Positions 49,263 to 60,079 of a stretch of 64,000 nucleotides of DNA are shown piece after piece. The position numbers and the translations under genes were made by a program. The notes under the pieces are model-generated. The model did no database searches and had not been told where the DNA came from. It worked only from the letters and a program-made list of their open reading frames with translations. Origin of the DNA: Bacteroidota bacterium (GTDB lineage Bacteria; Bacteroidota; Bacteroidia; Flavobacteriales; Flavobacteriaceae); NCBI GenBank assembly GCA_027620655.1, contig JAQCDS010000003.1, forward strand, positions 10,449 through 74,448. Reading direction: 5' to 3'. Every line of letters starts with the position of its first letter. Within the stretch, counting starts at the first letter, position 1.

Positions 49263-49432
49263 TATTTTCTTCTTTGTCTTATGGCTATTGCGAATAGTAA
49301 AATTGTCCCAGGCCAATGAGCTGAATATTGCGCCTCCTCAACTTTGCCTAAATACCCTAATGATACCGAGTAAACTAGACATATGAATGCAAGAATAACA
49401 GGATACCATTTATATATAAAATTTTTAACCAT
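49262..49432 (-). CDS. Small membrane protein (56 aa, below the ORF-track cutoff)
   Basis: Manual translation MVKNFIYKWYPVILAFICLVYSVSLGYLGKVEEAQYSAHWPGTILLFAIAIRQRRK*. Confidence 0.7.
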   Translation of the reverse strand: MVKNFIYKWYPVILAFICLVYSVSLGYLGKVEEAQYSAHWPGTILLFAIAIRQRRK

Positions 49433-49660
49433 AATTTATTATTTTTAAATATTATACAATAATAAAGTTAAAAAATTTATAATTTGTTAAATTATAATTA
49501 AATTATTTGTAGTAATATAAAAATCATGGTGCTCATTTGACATTTTAGCTTTTCTTAAATCACGTTGGTGTAATCTTATTGTTCATTAAATATTTTATTA
49601 GTTTTAATTTGCAAGTAAATTTCTGTATATTTGGAATGAACCATAATTAAACTATATATT

Positions 49661-50041
49661 ATGAAAATTAAAACAGGTTGTGTGGGGTTTCATGTGGCGT
49701 TTAAAGTGCCAAATAATGACACCGAAAGAATGGAAACCTTTCTAAACACACATGAATCATTCATGCGTGAAACGCATCATATCGATGGGGATGTAGAGCC
49801 TATTATTCTATGTTATGCCGTAATGAAAAGTCCAGAGTTCAACAATCCACTAGACCCAACTAGTGGAGAAACAGGCCATACGTTATATGGAATTACAGAA
49901 ATATATAATGGCCCAGAGGGCGCTCAAGCGCATATGCAACTAGGACAACAAAGAGCAGAAATGTTTACGGAGCTTATAAACTTGACTGGGCAATATTGTG
50001 TCAGTGGAATATTAGGAGCGCCTGTTGTTCGATCTATGTAA
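49661..50041 (+). CDS. Hypothetical protein, possible dimeric alpha/beta-barrel (ABM-like)
   Basis: TATATTTG at 49626-33 upstream and a terminator downstream; EIYNGPEGAQAHM resembles the ABM ExY..AH motif. Confidence 0.75.
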   Translation: MKIKTGCVGFHVAFKVPNNDTERMETFLNTHESFMRETHHIDGDVEPIILCYAVMKSPEFNNPLDPTSGETGHTLYGITEIYNGPEGAQAHMQLGQQRAEMFTELINLTGQYCVSGILGAPVVRSM

Positions 50042-50086
50042 AAAAATTAAAAATCAATTTTACATCATAAAAAAATATAAGGCATA

Positions 50087-50116
50087 AAAAAACCCACTCA
50101 TTTGAGTGGGTTTTTT
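50087..50116. terminator. Bidirectional intrinsic terminator
   Basis: AAAAAACCCACTCA-tt-TGAGTGGGTTTTTT between convergent genes. Confidence 0.88.
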
Positions 50117-50136
50117 AATTGTTTTTGGAAAACGTA

Positions 50137-50331
50137 TTATGCTTTCTTCACAAATGGAAGACCTGTTTTTTCATTTTCAACAATCTTTTTCCCAGCAGGA
50201 AGATCACACGAGTTTGAACGCTCATCTTTTGCGAAATAATAAATTGTTTGGTTTCTTCCACCTTTCAAGACAACGTCTTTAGTGTGTAAATAATACGTTT
50301 TTCCTTTGCTATTTTTAAATGAATATCCCAT
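50137..50331 (-). CDS. Small basic hypothetical protein (64 aa)
   Basis: MGYSFKNSKGKTYYLH..GGRNQTIYYFAK..TGLPFVKKA; A-rich initiation region; terminator downstream. Confidence 0.8.
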   Translation of the reverse strand: MGYSFKNSKGKTYYLHTKDVVLKGGRNQTIYYFAKDERSNSCDLPAGKKIVENEKTGLPFVKKA

Positions 50332-50423
50332 AATATAATTTTATTTTAGCCTAAATTACAAAAATTACTTTGGTAATACCAAAAAAATTATCAGATAAAT
50401 ACCATTTTTCTTAAGAAGTAGAG

Positions 50424-51269
50424 CTAATTGTTAATAAAATCCAATATTTTTGAAAAAATAAGCTCCAAATCTCGTGGCATTTCTGGAATTTCCCACGGAT
50501 GTTTAGCCCCAAAAACATGATCCCCACCCCTAACTTTATAGATGATGCTTGCCTTGCTCCATAATTTTAATTGATTTGCTTCAAAAAAAGGTACAGTAGG
50601 ATCTGCATCTCCATGAACAATAAGATGTGGAATACTAATTTTTGTGGCCGCATTTTCTATACTTAATCGATTTTCATGAGCTATAAAATCTTGATAAAAC
50701 TGATAGTTGTGTGGCATTTTTTGTTTTGTTCGGCCGTTTTCAATAAAATACACCCCTTTTTCCTGCCAGATTTTTAGGGCTTCCCCTTGTGGAAATCTTG
50801 ATTTATAATCACTTACTCCTGCTAGGGTGATTAGTTTTTTTACTCGAGAATCTTCTGATGTTTTAATTGTAACAACTCCTCCACCTCTACTGTGCCCCAT
50901 TAAAATAAGGGTTTCAACATCCAATGCAATGTGATTTTTATAGCTGTTGGAAACCATTTCTATAACAGAATCTAAGTCATCAAGTTCTTTGGAATAGTTG
51001 TTTTCAGCAAAAGCGGCCAAATCTGGAAAATCTACGGGCTGAGTCACAGTTCCTCCATTGTGAGAAAAATTAAACTTTAAAAAAGCAATACCTTGTAAAG
51101 CAAATGCCTCTGCTAATAAATTCCATGCACCCCAATCTTTAAACCCTTTGTAACCGTGACAAAAAATAATTAGAGGGGCTTTTTGTATTGTATCGTTATA
51201 AAATAAATCGTATACAATAGAGCGCTTTTTTACTCTTTTGAGTTCTTTATTTAATGCCTTTACAATCAT
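50424..51269 (-). CDS. Alpha/beta hydrolase
   Basis: HGYKGFKDWG, GHSRGG nucleophile elbow, HGDADPTV, GDHVF. Confidence 0.9.
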   Translation of the reverse strand: MIVKALNKELKRVKKRSIVYDLFYNDTIQKAPLIIFCHGYKGFKDWGAWNLLAEAFALQGIAFLKFNFSHNGGTVTQPVDFPDLAAFAENNYSKELDDLDSVIEMVSNSYKNHIALDVETLILMGHSRGGGVVTIKTSEDSRVKKLITLAGVSDYKSRFPQGEALKIWQEKGVYFIENGRTKQKMPHNYQFYQDFIAHENRLSIENAATKISIPHLIVHGDADPTVPFFEANQLKLWSKASIIYKVRGGDHVFGAKHPWEIPEMPRDLELIFSKILDFINN

Positions 51270-54019
51270 ACTTCTTTTTCTAAAAATGGCAATTCGGGAT
51301 CAAACAATTCGAGAAGTAGGCTTTTCATCTCGTTTTCAAAAGCTTGCAAAACCTCTGATGTGATATATTGTTGCTTAGAAGCTCCCAAACCTGATTTGTT
51401 CTTTTTAGTAAAATTTATAACCCTTGCTTTGAGGTTCTTAAATGAATAAATTCCAGCTACAGTTAGGCCCTCAAATGGTTGCCTTTTGCTTAAAATATAG
51501 GCATACATCAAAACCTGAAAGCTCTTGTTATGCTTCTTGTAGTCCTTTGTGATTTCATCCCATTCAATCAAATTCAAATCTATTTGCGAAACTTTTGAAG
51601 TCTTATAATCAATAATGCGCTGAGTCCCATTGCAAATATCAATACGATCGACATTTCCTTTTAATTTTATTGGAAATTCAAACTTAGGATATTGAAAATC
51701 AAATTTCACCGTCTCTTCAATAGATTGAATTAGGACTTCGTTTCCCTCTTTTATAAACTGAATTTCTTCATCTATAAAACTATGAATATACCGTTTCGCA
51801 ATTTCATAACTAATAAAATTTTTACCCGTCGAAAGATCGCCTTCCTTATAAAGTTTTTTAAAAAAATGATATACTGTGTCTTGAATTTTTGGTTTGAGGG
51901 CCTCAAGTTTAGAAACCTCTAATTTATGACCAACAAAATTGGAGTAAAATTCTTTTAAAGTAAAATGAATCACACTACCAAAAGTACTGGCCTCTATGCT
52001 TTCTTCTAATTCATTGGGTTGTTCTATCCCAAGAATCTTGTAATTATAAAAATCAATAGGATTTCTTATGTATTGCCCAAGCGATGAGGGAGAAAAACCC
52101 TCTACTGCAATAAATTTTAGTTGCTCTATAATTTGTGGCGTTTTTATAACTTCTTGCAGTTTTAAATTTTGTGTAGAAATTTTTGGAACAACAATTTGAT
52201 GTTTGAGGTTGTGAAGCCCTTCAAATTGTAGCTGTGCAATAAATCGACTTGGCTCTCCTCCATTCAATACGTCTGGTTCAGTATTATAAACAAGATGAAT
52301 ATTTCTAGCACGCTGCAATAGGCGGTAAAAATGATACGTATATATTGCGTCTTTTTCTTTATATGTTGGGAGACGGTTTTCTATCTTTACGTCAAAAGGG
52401 ATAAAAGAATTTTGTGTTTTCCCTGCAGGGATAATCCCTTCGTTTACAGAAACTAAAATAACCGTTTCAAAATCTAAAACACGAGATTCCAACATCCCCA
52501 TAATTTGCAATCCTTTGAGTGGCTCTCCTTTAAAGTCTAAAGTTTCTTTATTCAATAATTCTCGATACAAACCATGAAGCGTCTTAATAGAATTTATATA
52601 AGAATAAGTCGCATCTAAATGTTCAATTTGATTGAATAATTCTAGGAATCTTAGTAAATATTCCTTGGGTAAAAACTGTTTCCCTTTTTGAGCTTCATAA
52701 GATTTCTTTAGCTCAAAAATTAAGGCTTTAAATTGTTTTAAAGCATGTTTAGGTTGGTTATTCCAAGGTTCAAAAATAAGCTTAAACATTGACTCTAATT
52801 TAGGGGCAAAACCTATTAATTGATTTAGAGTGACTTGTGTATAGTTCTGATGTTTAATGGTCTTAAAAACATTATTGAGTTCAAGGGTATGATTTAAAAA
52901 AAATGGTGCAATAAAAGGGTGTGATAATAGCCCAATCACATCTTTATGATTATAGGTTCTAAAAGACGAACCCTGAAGTTGAAACCATTGTTCAATAAAA
53001 GAGGCAAATGGAATTTGACGCAGTGGCAAGCCCATTGTAACATTGATGTTCTCAATTTGTTTTGGAATCGAATTTAAAATTGGCAAGAGTAAGGACTCAT
53101 CTGCTAGGACTAAAGCAGTGTTTTCAAGAGCATTTTCTTTGTATAAATAATCTAGAAGCTCTCCAATATATTTAACCTGACTAATATTTTTTGGGGTACC
53201 AGTAATTTGAATTTTTTTATGACTTTGATAATTTTTTGTAGACCAATTAAATTTATGTGTTTTAAAAAACTGCCACTCCTTTTTGTATTGCCGAATAAAA
53301 TGCCCTGCATCATGAATAGGGCTATCTAAAAAAATGTGGTCTATATCCCAATAAATTTGTGCACGCTGTTGTTGTAACAACTCTTGAATAATGATAGATT
53401 CTGAAGAATTAAGGGCATTAAACCCTAAAAATATATGTTCGCCTCGACTCGTATTTTGAATATAATCTTCAAGGTTTTCTACAGCAGCTCTATACATTAA
53501 ACCCTGATAACCCACACCTTTGTCTGTCAATTGTTGGTTGAAGCTGAAATAATACTCTTTTATTTGTTGCCAAAAATATAAGTACCCTTTTATCATTTTG
53601 GTGGGATTGGGGTCCAAAGACCAATGGTTCATTTTTTGAACTTCACTGATATAATCAAATATTTTTGGTGGTGAAACTAAGTATCTGTCAATTTCATTAA
53701 AATCCTGTACTACAATAGTAGCCCATTTTGAAAATTGATCAAACGGTTCTACTTTGTCCTTTGGGGTGAGGCTTTTGTAAACACTATAAAATTCGAAAAG
53801 AAGCTCTATTGAACTTATTTTTCTTAACTGAGATAGCTCTTCAATAAAGGATTCAATAGAACATATTTCTGGTAAAAAACTAGCCTTATCAATATAATTT
53901 GATAATTCTTGCTTCAAAAACAGACCTGCACGTTTGTTTGGAAGTATAAAGGTTAATCTTGATAAATCTTTCTCTTGATTTTTCAGTTCTTTGAGTATGT
54001 CCGAAATGAAGCTTCCCAT
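51266..54019 (-). CDS. AddB-like PD-(D/E)XK nuclease family protein
   Basis: ILPNKRAG N-terminus, FSPSSL, GNVDRID..IIDYKT, FQVLMY. Confidence 0.85.
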   Translation of the reverse strand: MGSFISDILKELKNQEKDLSRLTFILPNKRAGLFLKQELSNYIDKASFLPEICSIESFIEELSQLRKISSIELLFEFYSVYKSLTPKDKVEPFDQFSKWATIVVQDFNEIDRYLVSPPKIFDYISEVQKMNHWSLDPNPTKMIKGYLYFWQQIKEYYFSFNQQLTDKGVGYQGLMYRAAVENLEDYIQNTSRGEHIFLGFNALNSSESIIIQELLQQQRAQIYWDIDHIFLDSPIHDAGHFIRQYKKEWQFFKTHKFNWSTKNYQSHKKIQITGTPKNISQVKYIGELLDYLYKENALENTALVLADESLLLPILNSIPKQIENINVTMGLPLRQIPFASFIEQWFQLQGSSFRTYNHKDVIGLLSHPFIAPFFLNHTLELNNVFKTIKHQNYTQVTLNQLIGFAPKLESMFKLIFEPWNNQPKHALKQFKALIFELKKSYEAQKGKQFLPKEYLLRFLELFNQIEHLDATYSYINSIKTLHGLYRELLNKETLDFKGEPLKGLQIMGMLESRVLDFETVILVSVNEGIIPAGKTQNSFIPFDVKIENRLPTYKEKDAIYTYHFYRLLQRARNIHLVYNTEPDVLNGGEPSRFIAQLQFEGLHNLKHQIVVPKISTQNLKLQEVIKTPQIIEQLKFIAVEGFSPSSLGQYIRNPIDFYNYKILGIEQPNELEESIEASTFGSVIHFTLKEFYSNFVGHKLEVSKLEALKPKIQDTVYHFFKKLYKEGDLSTGKNFISYEIAKRYIHSFIDEEIQFIKEGNEVLIQSIEETVKFDFQYPKFEFPIKLKGNVDRIDICNGTQRIIDYKTSKVSQIDLNLIEWDEITKDYKKHNKSFQVLMYAYILSKRQPFEGLTVAGIYSFKNLKARVINFTKKNKSGLGASKQQYITSEVLQAFENEMKSLLLELFDPELPFLEKEV

Positions 54020-54030
54020 ACCCTAAAAAT

Positions 54031-54061
54031 AAAAAACGCCTCGCAAAAGCGAAGCGTTTTT
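54031..54061 (-). terminator. Intrinsic terminator after ompA
   Basis: AAAAAACGCCTCGC-aaaa-GCGAAGCGTTTTT. Confidence 0.75.
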
Positions 54062-54086
54062 AAATTTATTTTTGAGATTTAGAAAA

Positions 54087-55511
54087 TTAATTCGCCAATT
54101 TTACCTCAACACGTCTGTTCGTTGCGCGTCCAGCTTTTGTGTTATTTGAAGCAATTGGTGCTGTTTCACCATATCCAACTGATGTCAATCTTGAAGCGTC
54201 AACACCGTTAGTAGTTAAATAAGACACAACTTTTGCAGCTCTCGCCTCAGAAAGTTTCTGATTAAATTTCTCTGATGCTGTACTATCTGTATGTCCTTCC
54301 ACAACAAAATTTGCTTTTGGATATTCTTTAAGAATCGCCACGATTGCTTGAAGTGTTTCGTTTGCAGCTTCCTTAATATTTGATTTCCCTGTATCAAAGT
54401 TGATTGTTCTTGCATAGCTAGTCAACTGAGCTTGCACTTCTTCATTTGGCGCCTCAGGGCAACCATTGTTTGCAACTGTACCAGCTTCATTTGGACATTC
54501 ATCGTCTTTGTCTAAAACTGAATCGCCGTCAGTGTCAGGCCAAGGACATCCACCATTTGCTACATCTCCTGCAACAGCTGGACATTTATCTTCAGCATCT
54601 GCAACACCATCGTTGTCTGCATCTGGACATCCGTTTAAGGCAGCAACGCCTGCAACGTCTGGACAATTGTCTTTATTGTCAGAAATGCCATCGCCATCTG
54701 TATCTGGACAACCATTGAATTCTGCTAAACCAGCAACGTCTGGACATGCATCTTCTGAATCTTGTATACCATCACCATCAGTATCTGGGCAACCGTTAAA
54801 TTCTTCTAACCCTGGCACTTCTGGACATGCATCTTTTTTGTCATAGATACCATCACCATCTGTATCTGTTCCTCCAAAATTCAAAGCAAGACCTAAAGAG
54901 TGTTGAAAATGTGTTGTCCCATAATCTAAGAAAGTATGCTTATAGCTTGACTGATATGTTAAGCCAAGGTTGTCAGAAAACCAATAAGAAAGTCCTAAAG
55001 TTCCATTTATTGTTGCAAAACCAATATTAGCGTCTGCATCTCCTCCAGAATTATTATTATATGGACCTTCTTGAAGCCAAGAATAACCTCCACCTAAACC
55101 AACAAAAGGTTCAATTTTGTCCAATCCTAAAACCTCTGACAAACTATATTTTACAATTCCATCAAGAGCATAATAATTTAATTCGCTAACCTTTACAGTT
55201 TCATTAGTTGCATAATTAGATCCCCATTTTTCAATTATATTAAAAGAACCTGTAATGCCAAATGAGAAGTTGTCATCTAAGTATTTGCTAAAACCAAATG
55301 AAGTTATTGATGGATAAATATTCCAGTGGCCCGTTGCATTGAAGAATTCATCAAAAATTTCTCCTTGAGGAGAAGGCTCTCCAACAGGATAAACATCAAC
55401 TGCATTTATTCCTATAGAAATTTGCCATGGGTTGTCTTCGGTTTGTGCATTTACATTTGCTACAAAAGTTATTAGCATAAAAGTAAAAGCTAAACTTTTA
55501 AAATTTTTCAT
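54087..55511 (-). CDS. OmpA-family protein with thrombospondin type-3 (DxDxDG..D.CP) repeats
   Basis: N-terminal barrel, repeated DTDGDGI.D..D.CP units, C-terminal GHTDS..LSEARA..NRRVE. Confidence 0.95.
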   Translation of the reverse strand: MKNFKSLAFTFMLITFVANVNAQTEDNPWQISIGINAVDVYPVGEPSPQGEIFDEFFNATGHWNIYPSITSFGFSKYLDDNFSFGITGSFNIIEKWGSNYATNETVKVSELNYYALDGIVKYSLSEVLGLDKIEPFVGLGGGYSWLQEGPYNNNSGGDADANIGFATINGTLGLSYWFSDNLGLTYQSSYKHTFLDYGTTHFQHSLGLALNFGGTDTDGDGIYDKKDACPEVPGLEEFNGCPDTDGDGIQDSEDACPDVAGLAEFNGCPDTDGDGISDNKDNCPDVAGVAALNGCPDADNDGVADAEDKCPAVAGDVANGGCPWPDTDGDSVLDKDDECPNEAGTVANNGCPEAPNEEVQAQLTSYARTINFDTGKSNIKEAANETLQAIVAILKEYPKANFVVEGHTDSTASEKFNQKLSEARAAKVVSYLTTNGVDASRLTSVGYGETAPIASNNTKAGRATNRRVEVKLAN

Positions 55512-55630
55512 AATTTATTTAATTTTTTTTATAAGTTAAATTCTGTGCAAAAGTAACATGATAAATTCACTAAACAAATATAATACTAATAAATTATGCT
55601 TTTTGAATAAAAAAACTAATAACCAGTAAG

Positions 55631-56827
55631 TTATGAGATAATATTGAGGGCGTTCCCTACTTTTTTAAAAGCCTGAATTGCCATATCTAAATGATGTCTT
55701 TCATGGGCTGCTGAAAGTTGAACTCGAATTCTTGCTTTTTCTCTTGGCACAACAGGGAAGAAAAAGCCAATAACATAAATCCCTTCATCTAATAACATAT
55801 TGGCCATTTTCTGTGCCAATTTTGCATCATACAACATTACTGGCACAATTGCAGAATCTCCATCAATAATATCAAACCCAAGAGATTGTAGGCTTTTTTT
55901 GAAATAGGTTGTATTTTCTTCTAATTTATCACGTAAACTCGTGTCGTTTGATAATAAATCAAACACTTTTATTGATGCCCCTACCAATGCTGGAGCTAAA
56001 GAATTTGAAAATAAATAAGGTCTTGAGCGTTGTCGAAGCATCTCTATTATTTCTTTTTTGCCTGTTGTATATCCGCCCATACCACCACCAAGAGCCTTAC
56101 CCAATGTGCCTGTAATGATGTCTATACGACCAAGAACATTTTTCTCCTCTAAAGTGCCTATGCCTGTTTTTCCAATAAATCCTGCTGCATGACACTCATC
56201 AATCATTACTAAAGCATCATATTTTTCTGCTAAATCACAAATCTTATCTAAAGGCGCTACAAGACCGTCCATAGAAAACACGCCGTCAGTCACTATAATT
56301 TTGAATCGTGCCTGGCTATCATTTGCGGCTTTTAGTTGTGTCTCCAAATCTTGCATATCGTTATTTTTGTAACGGAAACGTTTTGCTTTGCACAAGCGAA
56401 CTCCATCAATAATTGAAGCATGATTTAAACTGTCCGAAATTATAGCATCTTGATCAGTAAGTAGAGGTTCAAAAACGCCGCCATTGGCATCAAAAGCTGC
56501 AGCATACAATATCGTATCTTCTGTTTGATAAAATGAGGCTATTTTTTGTTCTAGCTTTTTATGAATGTCTTGAGTTCCACAAATAAATCGAACAGAAGCC
56601 ATTCCAAATCCATGGGTGTCCATAGTATCTTTTGCTGCCTGAATTACTTCTCGATGATTGGCGAGTCCTAAATAATTATTAGCACAAAAATTTAAAACTG
56701 TTTGCCCAGTTTCTAATGTAATTTCAGCCCCTTGAGAAGACACAATGATGCGTTCCTCTTTATATAAGCCTTGCTCTTTTATATTTTCAAGCTCTTGCTT
56801 TAAGTGTTGTTTTATGGTTTTATACAT
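55631..56827 (-). CDS. kbl: Glycine C-acetyltransferase (2-amino-3-ketobutyrate CoA ligase)
   Basis: [38 protein letters not shown]. Confidence 0.95.
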   Translation of the reverse strand: MYKTIKQHLKQELENIKEQGLYKEERIIVSSQGAEITLETGQTVLNFCANNYLGLANHREVIQAAKDTMDTHGFGMASVRFICGTQDIHKKLEQKIASFYQTEDTILYAAAFDANGGVFEPLLTDQDAIISDSLNHASIIDGVRLCKAKRFRYKNNDMQDLETQLKAANDSQARFKIIVTDGVFSMDGLVAPLDKICDLAEKYDALVMIDECHAAGFIGKTGIGTLEEKNVLGRIDIITGTLGKALGGGMGGYTTGKKEIIEMLRQRSRPYLFSNSLAPALVGASIKVFDLLSNDTSLRDKLEENTTYFKKSLQSLGFDIIDGDSAIVPVMLYDAKLAQKMANMLLDEGIYVIGFFFPVVPREKARIRVQLSAAHERHHLDMAIQAFKKVGNALNIIS

Positions 56828-56836
56828 AAGATTCGT

Positions 56837-59800
56837 TTAGGTACATAATTTTAGGTTCAGCTCTGGATGAATATAAACCAATATTTTTTTGTCAATTTTA
56901 TAGCCCATTTGCTTAATAATTGATGCATAATTTTCTAATTGTTGCTGGTGTTTGTCATAATAAACTCCCGTTTTGTAATCTATTATTACAGCACGTTTTG
57001 CTTGAGTAATTACCAAGCGGTCTGGAATTATAATTTGACCTGTGCTCGTCATGATTTCTCGCTCATTATAAACCTCAACGTCTGTGCTAAAATAAGGTTT
57101 AAGTTGTGGATGAAAAACTATAGACTCCATAATTTTGCAAAGTTCATCACTTTGTGCTTGAGAAATTAACCCTTCATCCATTGCCGAATTGAGCACCATT
57201 TGAATGTCTGATGGCAAATATACTTTTGACAATAAAAAATGAATTAAATTTCCTTTTTCTACAGCCTCTTTTTGAGTGGTGTCCCAAAGATAATCTGCTT
57301 TTATTGCCATTGAAACATTCAACTGATGTTTTGGAGTTGAAATAAATTTCTTTTGAGGTGTCATTGGAATTTTTGGATCATCCTCTTGATCAATGGCTTC
57401 TATCTCACCAAAATTGTAAGACAAAATACCATCAATCCATTTGCCTTCTGCTTTAAGAAAACCTATCAATAAATCTGAATAGGTTTTAAAATCATCTTCT
57501 GATTTGGAAGCCCCCGATGCATTTCCAATAATATAGAGCTGTTCTGCTGCTCGTGTTAAGGTCACATAGAGCAAATTGATATTATCCAATTCTAATTTTG
57601 ACTGATTTTCAATATATTTGGCTTCCCCCTCTGTGCCATAATGTTTAAAATCTTTATTATAATTCATTAGAAAAAACGGAAAATCTTCATGTAAGTGAGC
57701 AGTAGGCATCCATTCTTTTGGCTCTATTTCTTTATAAATATCAAGCTCTGCAAAAGGAAAAATAACAACCGGAAATTCTAGACCCTTGGATTTATGTACA
57801 GTCATAATTTGTACCGCGTCCATGCCTTTAGGAGAAACTATGCTAAGAGAACTTTTCTTTTGCTCAAAATATACCAGAAACTGTGATATATTGGAGGACT
57901 GTTTCTGAGAAAATTCAAAAACTATATCCAAGAAAAACTGAACATGTGCGTTCGTATCCTTAACTAAATGAAATGTTGTTACAATATATTCTGCAAGCTC
58001 ATACACAGAGAATTGAATAGCAGCACGAGGGTCAAAATTAATGTCTAACTGAGTTAGTCCCGCAAAAAATGAAAAAGAATTTAACGATAAAAAATTCAAT
58101 CTAAATTGATGACCATCTTCAATTTTGTGTTTATCAATTAAATAATTCAAAACATTCAATTTGGCAACAGCATTAGTAGTATCTTGAAGATATGAAAAGA
58201 CATTAATTATCAGCTGAACTTCTTTAGATTCTGTAATTAATAATGTTTCATTTGAAATAATATCAAGCCCTTTCGAAATTAAATGATTGGCAACAGCCAC
58301 TCCTTCTTTTCTTTTTCGTACTAATACGCAAATATCCTTATAAGACGCAAGGGGGCTCGAAGCCTTGTACTTTTTAATTGTTTTATAAACTTCATCAGCA
58401 TAAAATAAATTTTTATCTGCACCTTTTTCAAAATCCAAAAAAGAAAGATGAACATAACCTTTTTTCTTTTTGTGAAAACCTTGGGGATCCTCGTCATAAA
58501 GTTCACCATGGGAAATGTTCGAAAAAATGACTTTCGAGCAATAAGAAAAGAAATCATTATTGAATTTTACAACTTTCTTAGTGCTTCTATAATTCACTGG
58601 TAAATCTGATACACTAGCCTTAACAGGTAAATCGTGGATATTGTTTTTTAGGTTGATAAACTGTTCGGGGTTGCCTCCACGCCAGCGATAAATTGACTGT
58701 TTTGCATCGCCTACCAACAAAATACTGCCATTTTCTGAGGCAACCGCATTAATCATCAAAGGAGTTAAGTTTGCCCATTGAAGTTCCGATGTGTCTTGAA
58801 ATTCGTCAATAAAATAATGATTAAACTTTTCGCCAATACGCTCATAAATAAAAGGCGCTGGCTGTTCTTTAATTTCCTTTCCTATTATGGTATTAAATTC
58901 TGAAATCAAAAGGAGATTTTGAGACTCTTTTATAATATTAATTTCATTTTGAATAAGCGTTAAAACTGAAAGCGGCGTTATGTTGTTTTTGATATTCTTA
59001 AGATATCTCAAATGATAAACAGCTTTTTTTGTACTCTCGAATGCAGCCACCAAATCTGGGCGCATAGCATCAATTTTTTGACAAATATCAGCTGGTGTTT
59101 TTTTTGAATATAATGACGTTGTTTCAATATTTTTTTGCCAAACGGAATCAAATTTAATGTCAAATTTTTTGGCCGCTAAGGTGGAAAAATGTTTAGGGAG
59201 AGAACCTCTTATAAAATCTGAAAAACTAATCCCACTTGAATTTATAAGTTTTAAAATTTGTGATGCTTCTTCTGCTGTTTGATGCTCAATGGTTTTATAC
59301 TCCTTATTTACTTTTGCTTTCAATACATCAAAAGCATCTAGCTTTTGGTTGGACAAAAGTTCTAAGTAAGGAAGGGCGGTTTCTTTTGTGAGTAGCTTTG
59401 CAGATTTAAATAAGTCTAGAGCAATATCCCAACTTTTATCATCGTCTGATTTTTCAATGGCATAGTCGAGTAAAACACGTGTAAGCGCTTCTTCTTTTCC
59501 CGTTTTGGAAATCACTTGATCTACCGCTTTTTGCAATAAGGCATCTGTGTCTAGCTCAACTTCAAAGTTGACAGGAAGATGCAAGTCAAATGCAAATGTT
59601 CTTACAAGACGCTGATTGAATTTATCTATTGTTGAAACATCAAATCCTCCATAATTATGTAAAATTTTCTGAATTAATTGTCTGGATTTCTGATGAATAA
59701 ATTTTGGAGTCTTATCAAGTTCTTTGACTAAATCGGAAAATAAATCATCTTTAGTTTCTAAAATTTTTGGCGATGAAAAACTTAACAAGGCTGCTATAAT

Positions 59801-59971
59801 TCGATTTTTCATTTCGTCAACAGCCTTATTGGTAAACGTAATAGCAAGGACATGACGATGAGGCAAGTAAGCACTAGAGGTCAAAACAATTTTTAAATAG
59901 TCTTTGACTAAAGTATATGTTTTTCCACTTCCTGCAGAGGCATTATATATCTTAAAGTTCGACGCTAACAC
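56837..59971 (-). CDS. AddA-like UvrD helicase/nuclease
   Basis: ASAGSGKT, IDEFQDTS, VGDAKQSIYRWRG, MTVHKSKGLEF, C-terminal IIDYKTG. Confidence 0.9.
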   Translation of the reverse strand: MLASNFKIYNASAGSGKTYTLVKDYLKIVLTSSAYLPHRHVLAITFTNKAVDEMKNRIIAALLSFSSPKILETKDDLFSDLVKELDKTPKFIHQKSRQLIQKILHNYGGFDVSTIDKFNQRLVRTFAFDLHLPVNFEVELDTDALLQKAVDQVISKTGKEEALTRVLLDYAIEKSDDDKSWDIALDLFKSAKLLTKETALPYLELLSNQKLDAFDVLKAKVNKEYKTIEHQTAEEASQILKLINSSGISFSDFIRGSLPKHFSTLAAKKFDIKFDSVWQKNIETTSLYSKKTPADICQKIDAMRPDLVAAFESTKKAVYHLRYLKNIKNNITPLSVLTLIQNEINIIKESQNLLLISEFNTIIGKEIKEQPAPFIYERIGEKFNHYFIDEFQDTSELQWANLTPLMINAVASENGSILLVGDAKQSIYRWRGGNPEQFINLKNNIHDLPVKASVSDLPVNYRSTKKVVKFNNDFFSYCSKVIFSNISHGELYDEDPQGFHKKKKGYVHLSFLDFEKGADKNLFYADEVYKTIKKYKASSPLASYKDICVLVRKRKEGVAVANHLISKGLDIISNETLLITESKEVQLIINVFSYLQDTTNAVAKLNVLNYLIDKHKIEDGHQFRLNFLSLNSFSFFAGLTQLDINFDPRAAIQFSVYELAEYIVTTFHLVKDTNAHVQFFLDIVFEFSQKQSSNISQFLVYFEQKKSSLSIVSPKGMDAVQIMTVHKSKGLEFPVVIFPFAELDIYKEIEPKEWMPTAHLHEDFPFFLMNYNKDFKHYGTEGEAKYIENQSKLELDNINLLYVTLTRAAEQLYIIGNASGASKSEDDFKTYSDLLIGFLKAEGKWIDGILSYNFGEIEAIDQEDDPKIPMTPQKKFISTPKHQLNVSMAIKADYLWDTTQKEAVEKGNLIHFLLSKVYLPSDIQMVLNSAMDEGLISQAQSDELCKIMESIVFHPQLKPYFSTDVEVYNEREIMTSTGQIIIPDRLVITQAKRAVIIDYKTGVYYDKHQQQLENYASIIKQMGYKIDKKILVYIHPELNLKLCT

Positions 59972-60079
59972 TAAATTAAATTTATACCAAAATAAACAAT
60001 CTTAATTATATACATCACTAAATATAGATTGAAAATTGTAAATTTGACATAAAATATTTAATCCTTAAAACAAATACAT

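Noticed and set aside
45836..50400. Integrative element or prophage at the tRNA
   Set aside because: No integrase, transposase or phage genes, and no duplicated tRNA 3' end (att site) found by eye
54500..54870. Repetitive DNA and overlapping + strand ORFs
   Set aside because: Explained by the TSP3-type Ca-binding repeats of OmpA; the antisense ORFs are shadows
51266..59971. addA- and addB-like genes separated by ompA and kbl as a novel defence system
   Set aside because: Motifs fit the housekeeping AddAB repair pair, and the neighbours are core genes
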